Positions 29,499-39,468 of a DNA stretch of 64,000 bases are shown piece by piece. The notes under the pieces were generated by a model. It did no database searches. It saw only the letters and a list, made by a program, of their open reading frames with translations, and was not told where the DNA came from. The stretch spans positions 608,001-672,000 of the forward strand of contig CBDCVR010000014.1 of assembly GCA_965223155.1 (NCBI GenBank), read 5' to 3'. The position numbers were made by a program, and so were the translations under genes. The stretch's first letter is position 1, and every line of letters begins with the position of its first letter. The DNA is from Candidatus Multivoradales bacterium (GTDB lineage Bacteria; Acidobacteriota; Thermoanaerobaculia; Multivoradales; JAHEKO01).

Positions 29499-31223
29499 TC
29501 AGGGCCGGCCGCTGGGATCGACGGAAAGCCGCAGCGCCGAATCCCGCTGCGCCACTTCGTCCCGGACCCCAATGGCGATGATCTGCTCGCCGGATGCGAT
29601 GCGGAGCTCCAGACGGTAGCCGGCGAGGCCGCCCAGGGCGGTCAGAAGCTCCTCGTTCTGGATCTCGATCGGCACCACTCCCTGAGCGGGCGGCGACAGC
29701 TCGCCGGTCGCGCTCTGCGCCTGCACCGCCACCGAGAGACGGCCGACGTGGGCGGTTTCCTGCGGCAGCAGCATGAGCGAGGCGATCGGCACCTTGACCA
29801 GCAGTGGAACGACGAAGGTGTCGTCCTTCTGACGGCGCGCCGGGTCGAGCTGGATCTCCACCCCAAGCGGATTCTCGGCGGTCTCGGTCAGCAGAGCTCC
29901 CAGGGTAAGCGCTTCCAGCCCGCGGCTGCCTTGTCGAGCGACCACCCGATCGAAGTGGCGCACCTCCAGCCCGTCGGTCGCCACGGCGACCTCCAGCCGG
30001 CCGGCCTCGGGCCGGTCGTCCGCCGGCGTATAACCCAGCGAGTAGTAGTAGCGGAACCCGTCGGTCATGCGCCGCAAGAGTGGCGACAGCTCGGTCGAAT
30101 GAACCTGGCCGATGCCGCCGGTGCCACGGGCAAGCGCCAACACCCACTGCTGCTGGTTGTAGGCATCCTGGGCGCTGAAGGTGGACGCCGCCACTCCGGA
30201 AAATTCGGCATCGGAGCCGCGAGTGCGCGAGCCACCGGGATCGTGGCCGTAGAACGACACCTGCCGTTCCTTGGCATCCTCCAGCAACCGGGTCAATTGG
30301 GGCAGCGCCTGATCCAACCCCATCTCGGCCTCCGGCGACGTTACGTTGAGCTGGCGCGCCACCGATCCGTACTTGCTCCACCAGGTACGAAACAGGGCCT
30401 CGCCGGGCATTGGCTCGAAACCGGGACCGATGTAAAGCACCGCCTTGCGGCCGGGAAGTGCGGCCACGGACCCCACCAGGGAGCGAAGCTGCTGCACCGC
30501 CCGCAGGGTCGCCAAGCGCTCGGTCTGGGCCTGGATCCGCACCTCGGCGAGAAGCTGGACGGCCTCTTCCAAGACCCCCTCATCGTCCTCGGAGAGGAGG
30601 GCCAGAACCGGATCGACGGCATTCTCGAGGCGGCTCATGAGCAGCCTCCGATCGGCCGCGAGCGCCGACGGACGCTTCAGCCCGGCCCAGCGCTCCACCA
30701 CCCCCATCAACCGCTCGCTATCGCGGGTGAAGCCTTGATCCACGGACAGGTTCCGCTCCTGGCGGACCATCATGACGCCCCGGGTGGAAGCCAGCAGATC
30801 GCCCATCGACACCCGCAGCGCCTCGAGTGAAGTCTGGAGCCGGCGGGGTCGGGTCTCGCGCGCGTCGAGGTACACCACCAGCATCGGCAGCTGGGACGAG
30901 ATCGTCCGGTCCTCCCGCGCCGCGTCGGCAAGTTCGGATGCGCCGCCTGAGCCCCCGGCCGCCACTCGCACCTCCGAGAAGTACTCGATCGGTACCTCGC
31001 GGCCATCCACGCGCAGGCTGAAGTCCCCTCGGGACAGCCCCATGACCGGAACGCCCTGTCCATCCTGCACCACCACGTCCACGTTGACGACCCGAACGTC
31101 GAGTTCCTCCAGGATCGGCAGCGGCGCCCGGCCGGCGCCGCCTGCTTCCTGGGCTGGCAGCGGCAACGCGGCCAGACCGGCGCCCAGCAACCAGGAGGCC
31201 ACGCGCCGGAAGCGGTGGGTCAT
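29499..31223 (-). CDS. VWFA-related acidobacterial domain protein
   Basis: VRVVNVDVVVQD..G.PV.GL…DF, LPGRKAVLY, LARGTGG and YYSLGYTP. Confidence 0.85.
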   Translation of the reverse strand: MTHRFRRVASWLLGAGLAALPLPAQEAGGAGRAPLPILEELDVRVVNVDVVVQDGQGVPVMGLSRGDFSLRVDGREVPIEYFSEVRVAAGGSGGASELADAAREDRTISSQLPMLVVYLDARETRPRRLQTSLEALRVSMGDLLASTRGVMMVRQERNLSVDQGFTRDSERLMGVVERWAGLKRPSALAADRRLLMSRLENAVDPVLALLSEDDEGVLEEAVQLLAEVRIQAQTERLATLRAVQQLRSLVGSVAALPGRKAVLYIGPGFEPMPGEALFRTWWSKYGSVARQLNVTSPEAEMGLDQALPQLTRLLEDAKERQVSFYGHDPGGSRTRGSDAEFSGVAASTFSAQDAYNQQQWVLALARGTGGIGQVHSTELSPLLRRMTDGFRYYYSLGYTPADDRPEAGRLEVAVATDGLEVRHFDRVVARQGSRGLEALTLGALLTETAENPLGVEIQLDPARRQKDDTFVVPLLVKVPIASLMLLPQETAHVGRLSVAVQAQSATGELSPPAQGVVPIEIQNEELLTALGGLAGYRLELRIASGEQIIAIGVRDEVAQRDSALRLSVDPSGRP

Positions 31224-32359
31224 CCCGTCGCTCCCGGAGCCCTGTCGCCCAGGTCCGCAACCCAGCCGGCCCCGGGCCGGTCATCCGGCCCCATCGCCGC
31301 CAACCGCTCGGCGAGACTCCGGATATCCTGAGCCAGGGGCGCCTCGAGACGAACCGGCCCGCGGTAGTGCGAACATGCAAACTCCAGGCGCCAGGCGTGG
31401 AGAGCGTGCCGGCTCAGCACCAGCTCGGCCCGATCGGCCGGCGTCAGCCCACCCTCGAGCGATCTCAAGAACGCGCCGCCGTCGCCCGCATAGATCTTGT
31501 CCCCGACGATGGGGTGGCCGGCCGCGGCCAGGTGGGCACGGATCTGATGCTGGCGGCCGGTACGCGGCGTCACCTCCAACAGGCTGAAGGCTCCCAGCCG
31601 ACGTTGCAGACGCCAGGCCGTCAGCGCCGCGGCGCCGTCCGAGCGGGGCGCCTGGCGAATGGCAACCGCGGACTCTTCGTCCGCTCCCAGCGGCAGGTCG
31701 ATCCGCCCCGCCAACTTGGCCGGCACACCGGCGACGAGAGCCAGGTAGGTCTTGGCGACCGAGCGCTCCTCGAACCGGGCGCCCAGCTCCGCCCGCACGG
31801 CCCGATGCTTGGCAAAGAGCACCAGCCCGCTGGTCTCGCGGTCGAGCCGGTGACACGGCGTCGGGAAGTAGCCGCCCGGACCCTGACGCCGGCGGTGACG
31901 CGAGTGAACCCATTCGATAAGCGAGCCAGCCTTGTGCCGCCGGCTGGGATAGACGGTAGACCCAGGCGGCTTGTTCACCGCCAGCAAGTGCTCGTCCTCG
32001 AAGACGATCCCGGGCTCGAGGGTCCCGGCCCCCATCTCGACAGGACGCTGGCCGGCAGCGCCGGGCTCATGCTGGGCGGCCGGCAGGCGCACCACCACCT
32101 CCTGGCCTCGACGCAGCTTGAGACCGGTCCGGATCCGTCCCACCGCCGCCGGCTGAGGGTCCTTGAACGGCTCGACCGCGACCCGGCCTTGCCGGACCGC
32201 CGCCTGCACTCCATTGCGAGATCGCCAACGCAGCCGGTTCGCGAGGAACGCGTCTAGCCTGGAGCCGTGGTCCGGACGGCCGACCTCGAAGCGCCATTCC
32301 TGGACCGGAGCGCTCATGTCGCGCTGCCCACGCGGCGGCTTGGCGGGCGAGGCTCTCAC
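31220..32359 (-). CDS. RluA/RluD-family pseudouridine synthase
   Basis: S4-like RLDAFL, VNKPPG, HRLDRETSG, KTYLALV, TGRQHQIRAHL, GDKIY and ALHA. Start GTG 32359 or ATG 32317. Confidence 0.93.
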   Translation of the reverse strand: MRASPAKPPRGQRDMSAPVQEWRFEVGRPDHGSRLDAFLANRLRWRSRNGVQAAVRQGRVAVEPFKDPQPAAVGRIRTGLKLRRGQEVVVRLPAAQHEPGAAGQRPVEMGAGTLEPGIVFEDEHLLAVNKPPGSTVYPSRRHKAGSLIEWVHSRHRRRQGPGGYFPTPCHRLDRETSGLVLFAKHRAVRAELGARFEERSVAKTYLALVAGVPAKLAGRIDLPLGADEESAVAIRQAPRSDGAAALTAWRLQRRLGAFSLLEVTPRTGRQHQIRAHLAAAGHPIVGDKIYAGDGGAFLRSLEGGLTPADRAELVLSRHALHAWRLEFACSHYRGPVRLEAPLAQDIRSLAERLAAMGPDDRPGAGWVADLGDRAPGATG

Positions 32360-32485
32360 GAGCGGACTCTAGCAGCCCGTCGTCGAGGTTCAGGGCCCGT
32401 CGGAAACCGTCCAAGAACGGAACCGCGCCCTTCTTTCCGCCCCGCCCTGGTGCCCGATAGACTTGGTTCGGGCGGGCAAATCGTC

Positions 32486-33526
32486 ATGAGCGAGCGCATC
32501 ATTCTTCAGGACAACCTCTGGTTCCGAGGCAAGCCTCACTACGCCAACTATCGGCTGAACGGCCGCCCCATGATCTCGCTCCAGCCCCGGCTGGGCCTGA
32601 CTTCGAGCAACGATCCCGTGGCCAAGCGTCAGGAGTTGCGCTGGCTGAATGAGTACACGGGCCAGAACGGGCGCGGCCTCGTCATCGCGCTCGAGTGGAT
32701 CACCCGTGGTGACCGCATCGACCGCAACCTCAACCGAACCTGGCTACCGGTCTTCGAGCGCGCATGTCCACGCGGCAAGTGGTGCCTCTTCTATGACCCG
32801 ATCCTGGCCATGATCCGCCACGATCTCATCCGGCCCAACCAGCCCGTCGACTTCAGCCGCCGGGAGGTCCTGCGGGTCTGGCGGCGCGATCTGCGCTACT
32901 TCCGCAGGTACTTCGACCATCCTCAGTACTGGCGTCTGGGCGGCCAGCCGGTGCTCTACGTGTGGGCCGCCTTTGCTCTGGAATCGGTCGATCGCGCCTT
33001 CCGGCTCGCCCGCAACCGGGGTATCTACGTCCTCGCCGACGCCCTCGGCGGGCACGGCCTTCCCGACTCGGCCAGCGGCGTCACCGGCTTCATTGCCGCC
33101 TATCCGGGCCTGAAACGCAAGCTCTATCACTGGAACGACCTGCTCCCCGACTACCGAGCGGAGCTCGTCAGTCTCTCCGGAGCCGCACTCAGAGCCGGCG
33201 TCGACTTCATCCCAGCCGGCTCGTTCCAGTACGACGACGCGCAGTTCATGAAGGCGCGGGGCCGGGGCGAGAAGGCCCTGAAGATCGTCGCCCGCGACGG
33301 CGGCCAGCTCGAAACGGTGCTGGACCTGGCTTGGAAGATGGCCGTTCCCGTCGACGGGACCCGCTACCTGTTCTGGGGCACGCTCAACAACTGGGCCGAA
33401 TCGACGACGGTGCTTCCGACCTTGCGCGTGGGCCCGACGTTCCCGTCAAACCGGGTGGGCAACTACGGTTTCGCCCACCTCGAGGCGATCGGCAACGTCA
33501 TGTTCCCGGACCGCAAGACCGGCTAG
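32486..33526 (+). CDS. GH71/GH99-like glycoside hydrolase domain protein
   Basis: YFDHPQYWRLGGQPVLYVW, FIPAGSFQYDD and TLNNWAESTTVLP resemble GH99-like barrel motifs. Confidence 0.55.
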   Translation: MSERIILQDNLWFRGKPHYANYRLNGRPMISLQPRLGLTSSNDPVAKRQELRWLNEYTGQNGRGLVIALEWITRGDRIDRNLNRTWLPVFERACPRGKWCLFYDPILAMIRHDLIRPNQPVDFSRREVLRVWRRDLRYFRRYFDHPQYWRLGGQPVLYVWAAFALESVDRAFRLARNRGIYVLADALGGHGLPDSASGVTGFIAAYPGLKRKLYHWNDLLPDYRAELVSLSGAALRAGVDFIPAGSFQYDDAQFMKARGRGEKALKIVARDGGQLETVLDLAWKMAVPVDGTRYLFWGTLNNWAESTTVLPTLRVGPTFPSNRVGNYGFAHLEAIGNVMFPDRKTG

Positions 33527-34062
33527 CTGCCGGCGCCGATCTCGAAGGCCACGGCAAGCCGCTCCCAGCGCAGGACGACCCGGCCTTCGTCGATCGCGAA
33601 CGACAGCGACTCGACGAACTCGGCATCTTCGGGCACGGCCTGGATCCTGAGGGCATCCTCCCCGGCATCGTAGCCGTAGGCACCCCACTGGTCCGCGACT
33701 CGATTCAGGATGACGGTCCACTCCCCCTCTCCCGGAATCGTGAAGAGACCGTAGCGGCCAGCGGCCAGGGCCTGTCCTCCGACCATGACCGGACCCGCAA
33801 AGGCGATCGTCGTGGCCTCGTCGGCACCGGTTCGCCAGACGCGGTCGTAGGGAACCAAGGCTCCCCAGATCTCGCGGCCCTTGACGTTGGGCCGGCCGTA
33901 CTCGATCGTGATCTCGACGCCATCGACCACCCCGTCAGTGCGGCCGTTCTTGCTGGCTCGATTGGCGTCATCCCCGCGCTCGGCCGCCGCGGCCCCGCAA
34001 AACGCGGCAGCAACGAGAAGACCCGCGGTAATCGTTCTGGAACTTGGCAGTCTCCGGCGCAT
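33523..34062 (-). CDS. DUF2911-family secreted protein
   Basis: RAS, YGRPNVKGREIWGALVPYDRVWRTGADEAT, YGLFTIP and WGAYGYD; SD AAGGAG. Confidence 0.88.
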   Translation of the reverse strand: MRRRLPSSRTITAGLLVAAAFCGAAAAERGDDANRASKNGRTDGVVDGVEITIEYGRPNVKGREIWGALVPYDRVWRTGADEATTIAFAGPVMVGGQALAAGRYGLFTIPGEGEWTVILNRVADQWGAYGYDAGEDALRIQAVPEDAEFVESLSFAIDEGRVVLRWERLAVAFEIGAGS

Positions 34063-34072
34063 CCTCATCTCC

Positions 34073-34600
34073 TTACTCACGCTGTCCGGGGCCGGACCGC
34101 ACCGCGGCGGCGGCCACCATTTTGGGCGTCATCATCCATGCTAGTACACCGGCACCAAAGTTGACCTCCGACCAGTTGACCACGGCGAAGTCCAGTCGCG
34201 CCAGAGCGGCCGTAACCATCTTGATCCGAGCCTCCCCCGCGAAAGCGCCGGCCGCGGCCGACCAAGTCGGCTCGTGGCCCACCACCAGGAGACGCGCCAC
34301 GCTCGGCTCCTGGCGCTGGATCTCCTCCAGAAGCACCCTTCGGGACGGCAAGTAGAGCCGATCGACGCGCTCGATCGGGCAGGCCCACCCTCCGGCCTCG
34401 GCGGCGCGCTCGGCGGTACGCCGGGCACGCTCGGCGGTTGACGTGAGGACTCGGTCCGGCACCTGGCCGGCGGCCGCCAACAGTTCTCCCACCAGGGCCG
34501 CGGCCTTCTCCCCCCTGGGGGCCAGCGGCCGATCGTGGTCCGAGGCCGCGCCCGCCGACCAATCCGATTTGCCGTGCCGCAAGAGATAGAGGTGCTTCAT
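34073..34600 (-). CDS. sixA: Phosphohistidine phosphatase SixA
   Basis: LLRHGKS, DHDRPL..RG, STAERARRT and VVGHEP. Confidence 0.88.
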   Translation of the reverse strand: MKHLYLLRHGKSDWSAGAASDHDRPLAPRGEKAAALVGELLAAAGQVPDRVLTSTAERARRTAERAAEAGGWACPIERVDRLYLPSRRVLLEEIQRQEPSVARLLVVGHEPTWSAAAGAFAGEARIKMVTAALARLDFAVVNWSEVNFGAGVLAWMMTPKMVAAAAVRSGPGQRE

Positions 34601-34676
34601 CGCGAGGGCGCCATTCTAGTGGGAATACGCCTGCCGCTTGCCAGAGGCGCCGGCCGTTCGTACCATGGTCGGTCCC

Positions 34677-36866
34677 ATGACGACTCTGGAACTCATTCCG
34701 CAGCCTAGCGCGCTGGACGCGTCCGAGCTCTTCTTCAATCGGGAGCTGAGCTGGCTGGAGTTCAACTCGAGGGTCTTGGACGAGGCGGCCCGAAGCTCCA
34801 CGCCGTTGCTCGAACGGGTCAAGTTCCTGGCCATCTTCGGCTCCAACCTGGACGAGTTTTTCATGGTTCGGGTCTCGGGCCTGCGCAACCAGCTCGAATC
34901 GGGAGCCCTCCAGGCTCCGCCCGACGGCATGAGTCCGTCCGAGCAGCTCGCCGCCATCCGGCAGCGAGTTCTGCCCGACCTGGATCGAGCCTCGACCTGT
35001 TTCGGCGAGGAGATCCTTCCCGCCCTGGACAAGGCCGGGATCCATCTGCACCGCTACGACGGGTTGAAGAAGAAGCAGAAACGGCTGCTCCGCAAGCTCT
35101 TCAAGAAGGAGATCTATCCCATCCTGACGCCCCTGGCCGTGGACCTCAGCCACCCCTTCCCGCACATCTCGAACCGCAGCATCAATCTCGCGGTCGTCAT
35201 CCACGATCCCGAGCACGGCGAGCGCTTCGCCCGGGTCAAGGTGCCTTCGCTGATCCCGAGGCTGCGCCGGATCCCCAGTGAGGACCGCGCCGACGAGTAC
35301 GACTCGCTGGGACTCGTGGACAGCGGCGAGGCCCATTTCGTGTGGCTCGAAGAGGTCATCGCGGCCAACCTGGACCGGCTCTTTCCGGGATTCGAGGTGG
35401 TCGCTTCCTACCCATTCCGGGTCACTCGGGACGCCGACCAGGAAATCGAGCAGGACGAGGCCGCCGACCTTCTGGCAGCCATGCAGGAAGTCGTCGATCA
35501 GCGCCACTTCGGCTCGGTCGTCCGGCTGGAAGTGGACCGCGACATGCCGGACACGATCCGCCAGCTCCTGGTCCAGAACCTGGGACTGGCGCCGTATCAG
35601 GTCTACGAGAGCGCCGGACCACTGGGCCTCTCCGACCTGCTGCAGCTCACCGGCCTCGACCGCCCCGACCTCAAGGATGTCCCCTTCCTGCCCGACTTCC
35701 CGCACGACCTGACCGGCGACGCCGACATCTTCCGCGTGCTGCGATCCCGGGACGTCGTCCTCTACCACCCGTACGACAGCTTCCGCCCGGTGGTCGACTT
35801 CCTGAGCCAGGCCGCCGAAGATCCGCAGGTCGTGGCCATCAAGCAGACCCTCTACCGGGTCGGAGCCAATTCCCCGATCGTCGCGGCCTTGATGGAAGCG
35901 CGCGAGAACGGCAAGCAGGTGGCGGCGCTGGTAGAGCTTCGCGCCCGCTTCGACGAGGAGAAGAACATCACCTGGGCCCGCGCCCTGGAACGAGCCGGGG
36001 TCCATGTGGTCTACGGCGTGCCCGACCTCAAGACCCACGCCAAGGTTTGCTTGGTGGTGCGCCAGGAAGAGCACGGCATCCGGCGGTACGTCCACATCGG
36101 AACCGGCAACTACAACCCGGCGACCGCCCGGGTCTATACGGACCTGGCCTTCTTCACGATCGACGAGAAGATCGTCGCCGACGTCTCGGACCTGTTCAAC
36201 GCTCTCACCGGCTACTCGCGCAAGACCGAATACCGCAAGCTGCTCGTCGCTCCGCACGGTCTGCGGAGCGAGCTCCTGGCCCGGATCGACCGGGAGATCG
36301 AGGTTCACCGGGCGACCGGCGACGGCTACATCGCCTTCAAGATGAACGCCCTGGTCGACAAGGACTGTATCCAGGCCCTGTACCGCGCTTCCCAGGCGGG
36401 CGTCCGCATCGATCTTCTGGTGCGCGGCATTTGCTGCTTGCGCCCGGGTGTCGCCGGCGTCAGCGAGACCATCCGAGTGGTCTCGATCGTGGGCCGGTTC
36501 CTGGAACACTCGCGAATGTACTACTTCCGCAACGGCGGCGACGAAGAGCTCTTCGTGGGCAGCGCCGATCTCATGCCGCGCAATCTGGACGGCCGGGTCG
36601 AGGTCCTGGTGCCGATCGAGGATCCGGCCTTGCGCAGAGCCTTGGTCGAGGAAGTCCTCGCGCTCCATCTGGACGACCGGACGCAGGCCGCTGAGCTCAG
36701 GCCGAACGGTAGCTACCGGCGGCTAGGGAACCAAGACGAGGACGGCGGTCTCGACTCGCAAGCCCACCGGCTGGCCAACCGCGGCACCTGGCTCTTGGAA
36801 GAGCCGCAGCTGGCCGAGCCCGCCCGGGAGGTTGACTCGGAGCCTCCGTCCACGCCGAAGACCTAG
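34677..36866 (+). CDS. ppk1: Polyphosphate kinase 1
   Basis: NRELSWLEFNSRVL, SNLDEFFMVRV, HPFP, HPYDSF, KQTLYR, ARFDE, KTHAK, TGNYN, GRFLEH and SADLMPRNLD. Confidence 0.97.
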   Translation: MTTLELIPQPSALDASELFFNRELSWLEFNSRVLDEAARSSTPLLERVKFLAIFGSNLDEFFMVRVSGLRNQLESGALQAPPDGMSPSEQLAAIRQRVLPDLDRASTCFGEEILPALDKAGIHLHRYDGLKKKQKRLLRKLFKKEIYPILTPLAVDLSHPFPHISNRSINLAVVIHDPEHGERFARVKVPSLIPRLRRIPSEDRADEYDSLGLVDSGEAHFVWLEEVIAANLDRLFPGFEVVASYPFRVTRDADQEIEQDEAADLLAAMQEVVDQRHFGSVVRLEVDRDMPDTIRQLLVQNLGLAPYQVYESAGPLGLSDLLQLTGLDRPDLKDVPFLPDFPHDLTGDADIFRVLRSRDVVLYHPYDSFRPVVDFLSQAAEDPQVVAIKQTLYRVGANSPIVAALMEARENGKQVAALVELRARFDEEKNITWARALERAGVHVVYGVPDLKTHAKVCLVVRQEEHGIRRYVHIGTGNYNPATARVYTDLAFFTIDEKIVADVSDLFNALTGYSRKTEYRKLLVAPHGLRSELLARIDREIEVHRATGDGYIAFKMNALVDKDCIQALYRASQAGVRIDLLVRGICCLRPGVAGVSETIRVVSIVGRFLEHSRMYYFRNGGDEELFVGSADLMPRNLDGRVEVLVPIEDPALRRALVEEVLALHLDDRTQAAELRPNGSYRRLGNQDEDGGLDSQAHRLANRGTWLLEEPQLAEPAREVDSEPPSTPKT

Positions 36867-36925
36867 CCTGCCCTTCTCACCAACCCTGGCGATCGGCGCG
36901 GCCGCCTCCGGAGGGAATGGACTGC

Positions 36926-38155
36926 TCAGTAGAGCTTGTCCAGAAACGCCCGGTCCAAGTCCGTCAGATCGGCGCCGCGGCCGTCTCGATGGAAGGTGGC
37001 CCGCATCAAGGCGTTCCGCTTGGCCGGCGTATCGCAGTCTCCGGAACCGTCGTCGCCGCAGATGTGGCCGATGCCCAGAGTGTGCCCCAGCTCGTGGCCG
37101 AACACCTGCTCCTTGGCCTTGCGGTCGCCCTTGAAGAGGCACTTGGTGCCGTCGTTGGTGATGATGTCGGCTTCCACCGCCACGTTGGCCTTACCCTTGC
37201 CGATCTTTGCCGGGATCTTCTTGATCGCCGGAAAGCGACCATTGAACCAGGGCCCGCCAACCGCGATCACGCCACCGAAGAAACACGAGAACGAGCCCTC
37301 GATCTCGAAGTTGGGGTCCTCGAAGATCAGCGCGTTGACGCCGTCGGTGGTTCCGAAGCCCGTCTTCGACGGAGTGCGGCCGCCGAACTTGAGGTCCACG
37401 ATGGTGTCCGGATCCTGAGTCCAAGCCTTGAGAGCCGCCCGAAACGGCCGGCGAGCGCCGGCCAGGCCGCGCGCCTGGCGCCAGACCACCTTGCCGCCGT
37501 CATCGAACTCGAAGAAACGGATGGGCTTGTTCTTGGGGCCGCGAATCAACGTGGCCTGGGCGGCGTGGGACGCCGTCGAATCGTCGCCGACCAGATAGTC
37601 GCGGGCGCGAACGATGCCACGCGACCGGTCGGCGAGCCAGTCGGCAAATCGGTCGAAGTCGCGCACTCCCCGCTCGGTCGCGTCCTCGGCGCGTCCCAGC
37701 TCGAGCGTGCCTTCCAGATTCCGGAGCGCCATGCGCGAGCCCAAGACCTCCCGCTCCAGAAACGAGCCCAGCATCATGTGCAGGACGCCGTAGGTGCCGT
37801 CGGCGCGCGGATTCAGAAACACGATCGCCCGGTCCCCTTCGCCAAATTCGGGCGCTCCGAACACTTGCAGAACCATTCCATCCGGCCGGCTTCCGCCGGG
37901 GACCCGGACGACGATGGTGGTGCCGCTGACCTCTCCTTTGAGCAACCGCTCGACCAAGACAATGGAGTCGGTGGAGGGGGTCCCCAAGATGGGTGCCGGC
38001 GAGACCGTCAGGACCTCGACTTGAGCGATCACCGCGGCCTGGGAGTGGAGGGCCGCGTCCGACATCATGACGTAGCTCGTGGCTCCGAGCGGCGCGGCCA
38101 GCGCCAAGGCCGCAACGAACAAACTAGCGAGGCTTCCGAGCGGGAATTTTCTCAT
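36926..38155 (-). CDS. Secreted metzincin metallopeptidase (matrixin-like)
   Basis: Signal peptide; HELGHTLGIGH zinc motif and Met-turn NALM; SD AGGAG. Confidence 0.85.
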   Translation of the reverse strand: MRKFPLGSLASLFVAALALAAPLGATSYVMMSDAALHSQAAVIAQVEVLTVSPAPILGTPSTDSIVLVERLLKGEVSGTTIVVRVPGGSRPDGMVLQVFGAPEFGEGDRAIVFLNPRADGTYGVLHMMLGSFLEREVLGSRMALRNLEGTLELGRAEDATERGVRDFDRFADWLADRSRGIVRARDYLVGDDSTASHAAQATLIRGPKNKPIRFFEFDDGGKVVWRQARGLAGARRPFRAALKAWTQDPDTIVDLKFGGRTPSKTGFGTTDGVNALIFEDPNFEIEGSFSCFFGGVIAVGGPWFNGRFPAIKKIPAKIGKGKANVAVEADIITNDGTKCLFKGDRKAKEQVFGHELGHTLGIGHICGDDGSGDCDTPAKRNALMRATFHRDGRGADLTDLDRAFLDKLY

Positions 38156-38476
38156 CGAGGTCTCCTTTGGGCCCGGGCATCCTACCGTACGAGCGGGGGC
38201 CGCCGGGCTGATACGGTTTCAGCAATCGCCCCACGGGTTCCGGGGCGGATCGGAGCCGATCCGTACGCCTAGAGTCTGTGGTAGGCGAAATGGAGGTCGC
38301 GGGTGGGAAAGTTAGTTCTTGCTACACTGACTGGCGGAGAGTGGTCGACTCGAACTCGACCGTTTTCTTGGGCGCCCTCACGCGGACTTGAGTCCGCGAA
38401 TCCGACCAACAAGCCCCTTTGGTGTTACGATCCAGCGCGGTTTTCCCGCGCCGTGTCCAAAGGGAGGATTTGTGCC

Positions 38477-38839
38477 GTGGAAAAGAAGCCCGAAAGTGTA
38501 GAGTTCAGGTTCGTCAATAGCAACTACTGGAGAGTGATCCACGCGGACGGCGTTTACGGAGGGGTTACACCCCGGGGTGACATCCTCATGTCCGTGTGGA
38601 GTCAGAGGACAGCACTACCAACTAGCGTTACGCACGAGATCCTCGCCGACGGACTGGGGAAAGAAATTGCAAGAGAGAGTAGCGGTGCTGTGATTCGAGA
38701 ACTTGAGGCCGGTATCGTTCTCGACGTGGAGCTTGCGAAAGTGGTCGTCAAATGGCTCCAAGAGAAGATCAAAGATCACTCGAAGCTTGTGCAGTCCCTG
38801 GGAGACGAGAATGATCCTGGAAGCAACGAGTCAGAGTAG
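38477..38839 (+). CDS. Hypothetical protein (DUF3467-like architecture)
   Basis: SD GGAGG, GTG 38477; RVIHADGVYGGVTPRG…AKVVVKWLQEKI; lies in the AT-richer islet. Confidence 0.65.
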   Translation: MEKKPESVEFRFVNSNYWRVIHADGVYGGVTPRGDILMSVWSQRTALPTSVTHEILADGLGKEIARESSGAVIRELEAGIVLDVELAKVVVKWLQEKIKDHSKLVQSLGDENDPGSNESE

Positions 38840-38843
38840 CGCG

Positions 38844-39122
38844 ATGGCAGGATTCGCTCTGAACCTGACCGCGAGCGGTACACAGGCGGTGCGGGGAGCG
38901 TTCTTCAAGGACAAGTGGCGTTTCGCCAGTACTCGACGAGCGGTCCAGGTGGTCAAGTTCGCCAGCAAGATCGAACAGCTTACCGCTCGAATCCGGGAGC
39001 TGGAGACTCAAAACACTGAGTTGCTGCACCTGCAAGCAGTTCAAGAGGCTACGCGCGCATCGGCTCGGTCTCTTGCCGAAGGCTGGGACAACCCGCTAGA
39101 TGCCAAGTACGACGACCTATGA
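38844..39122 (+). CDS. Putative antitoxin
   Basis: ATG 38844; coiled coil and acidic tail WDNPLDAKYDDL; overlaps the toxin start by 23 nt. Confidence 0.6.
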   Translation: MAGFALNLTASGTQAVRGAFFKDKWRFASTRRAVQVVKFASKIEQLTARIRELETQNTELLHLQAVQEATRASARSLAEGWDNPLDAKYDDL

Positions 39123-39468
39123 GCCAGGTCAGGTTCTGACTGTTGATTACCGCCATACAGACGGTAGCTCTGGGGGTAAACGGCCGGTAGTCGTTCTCAG
39201 CACCAAGAAACACAACTCTCGTGACGTAGTCGTCGCCCAGATTAGTACCCAACTCCACCAGCTTCGCTTGCCCGGATCGGTGGAGCTGAAGGACTGGCAG
39301 CAAGCGGGTCTATTCGACCGCTCACTTGTGAAGCCGGTCTTTGCGAGCTACCAACTCGCCGATGTCAGGAAAATCCTGGGAAGCCTGAGCAATCGGGACT
39401 GGCGGGCGGTCAAGCTGAGCGTCGCAGAAGTGCTCGGTTTCGCCATAGTCAAGAGGAAGCCAAGCTAG
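39100..39468 (+). CDS. PemK/MazF-family toxin
   Basis: YEPGQV…YRHTDGSSGGKRPVVVLS, AQIST, DWQQAGL.DRSLVK and LGSLS..D. Confidence 0.85.
   Translation: MPSTTTYEPGQVLTVDYRHTDGSSGGKRPVVVLSTKKHNSRDVVVAQISTQLHQLRLPGSVELKDWQQAGLFDRSLVKPVFASYQLADVRKILGSLSNRDWRAVKLSVAEVLGFAIVKRKPS

Noticed and set aside
34077-36668. 863-aa minus-strand ORF
   Set aside because: Antisense shadow of ppk1 caused by GC-rich codon bias; no motifs.
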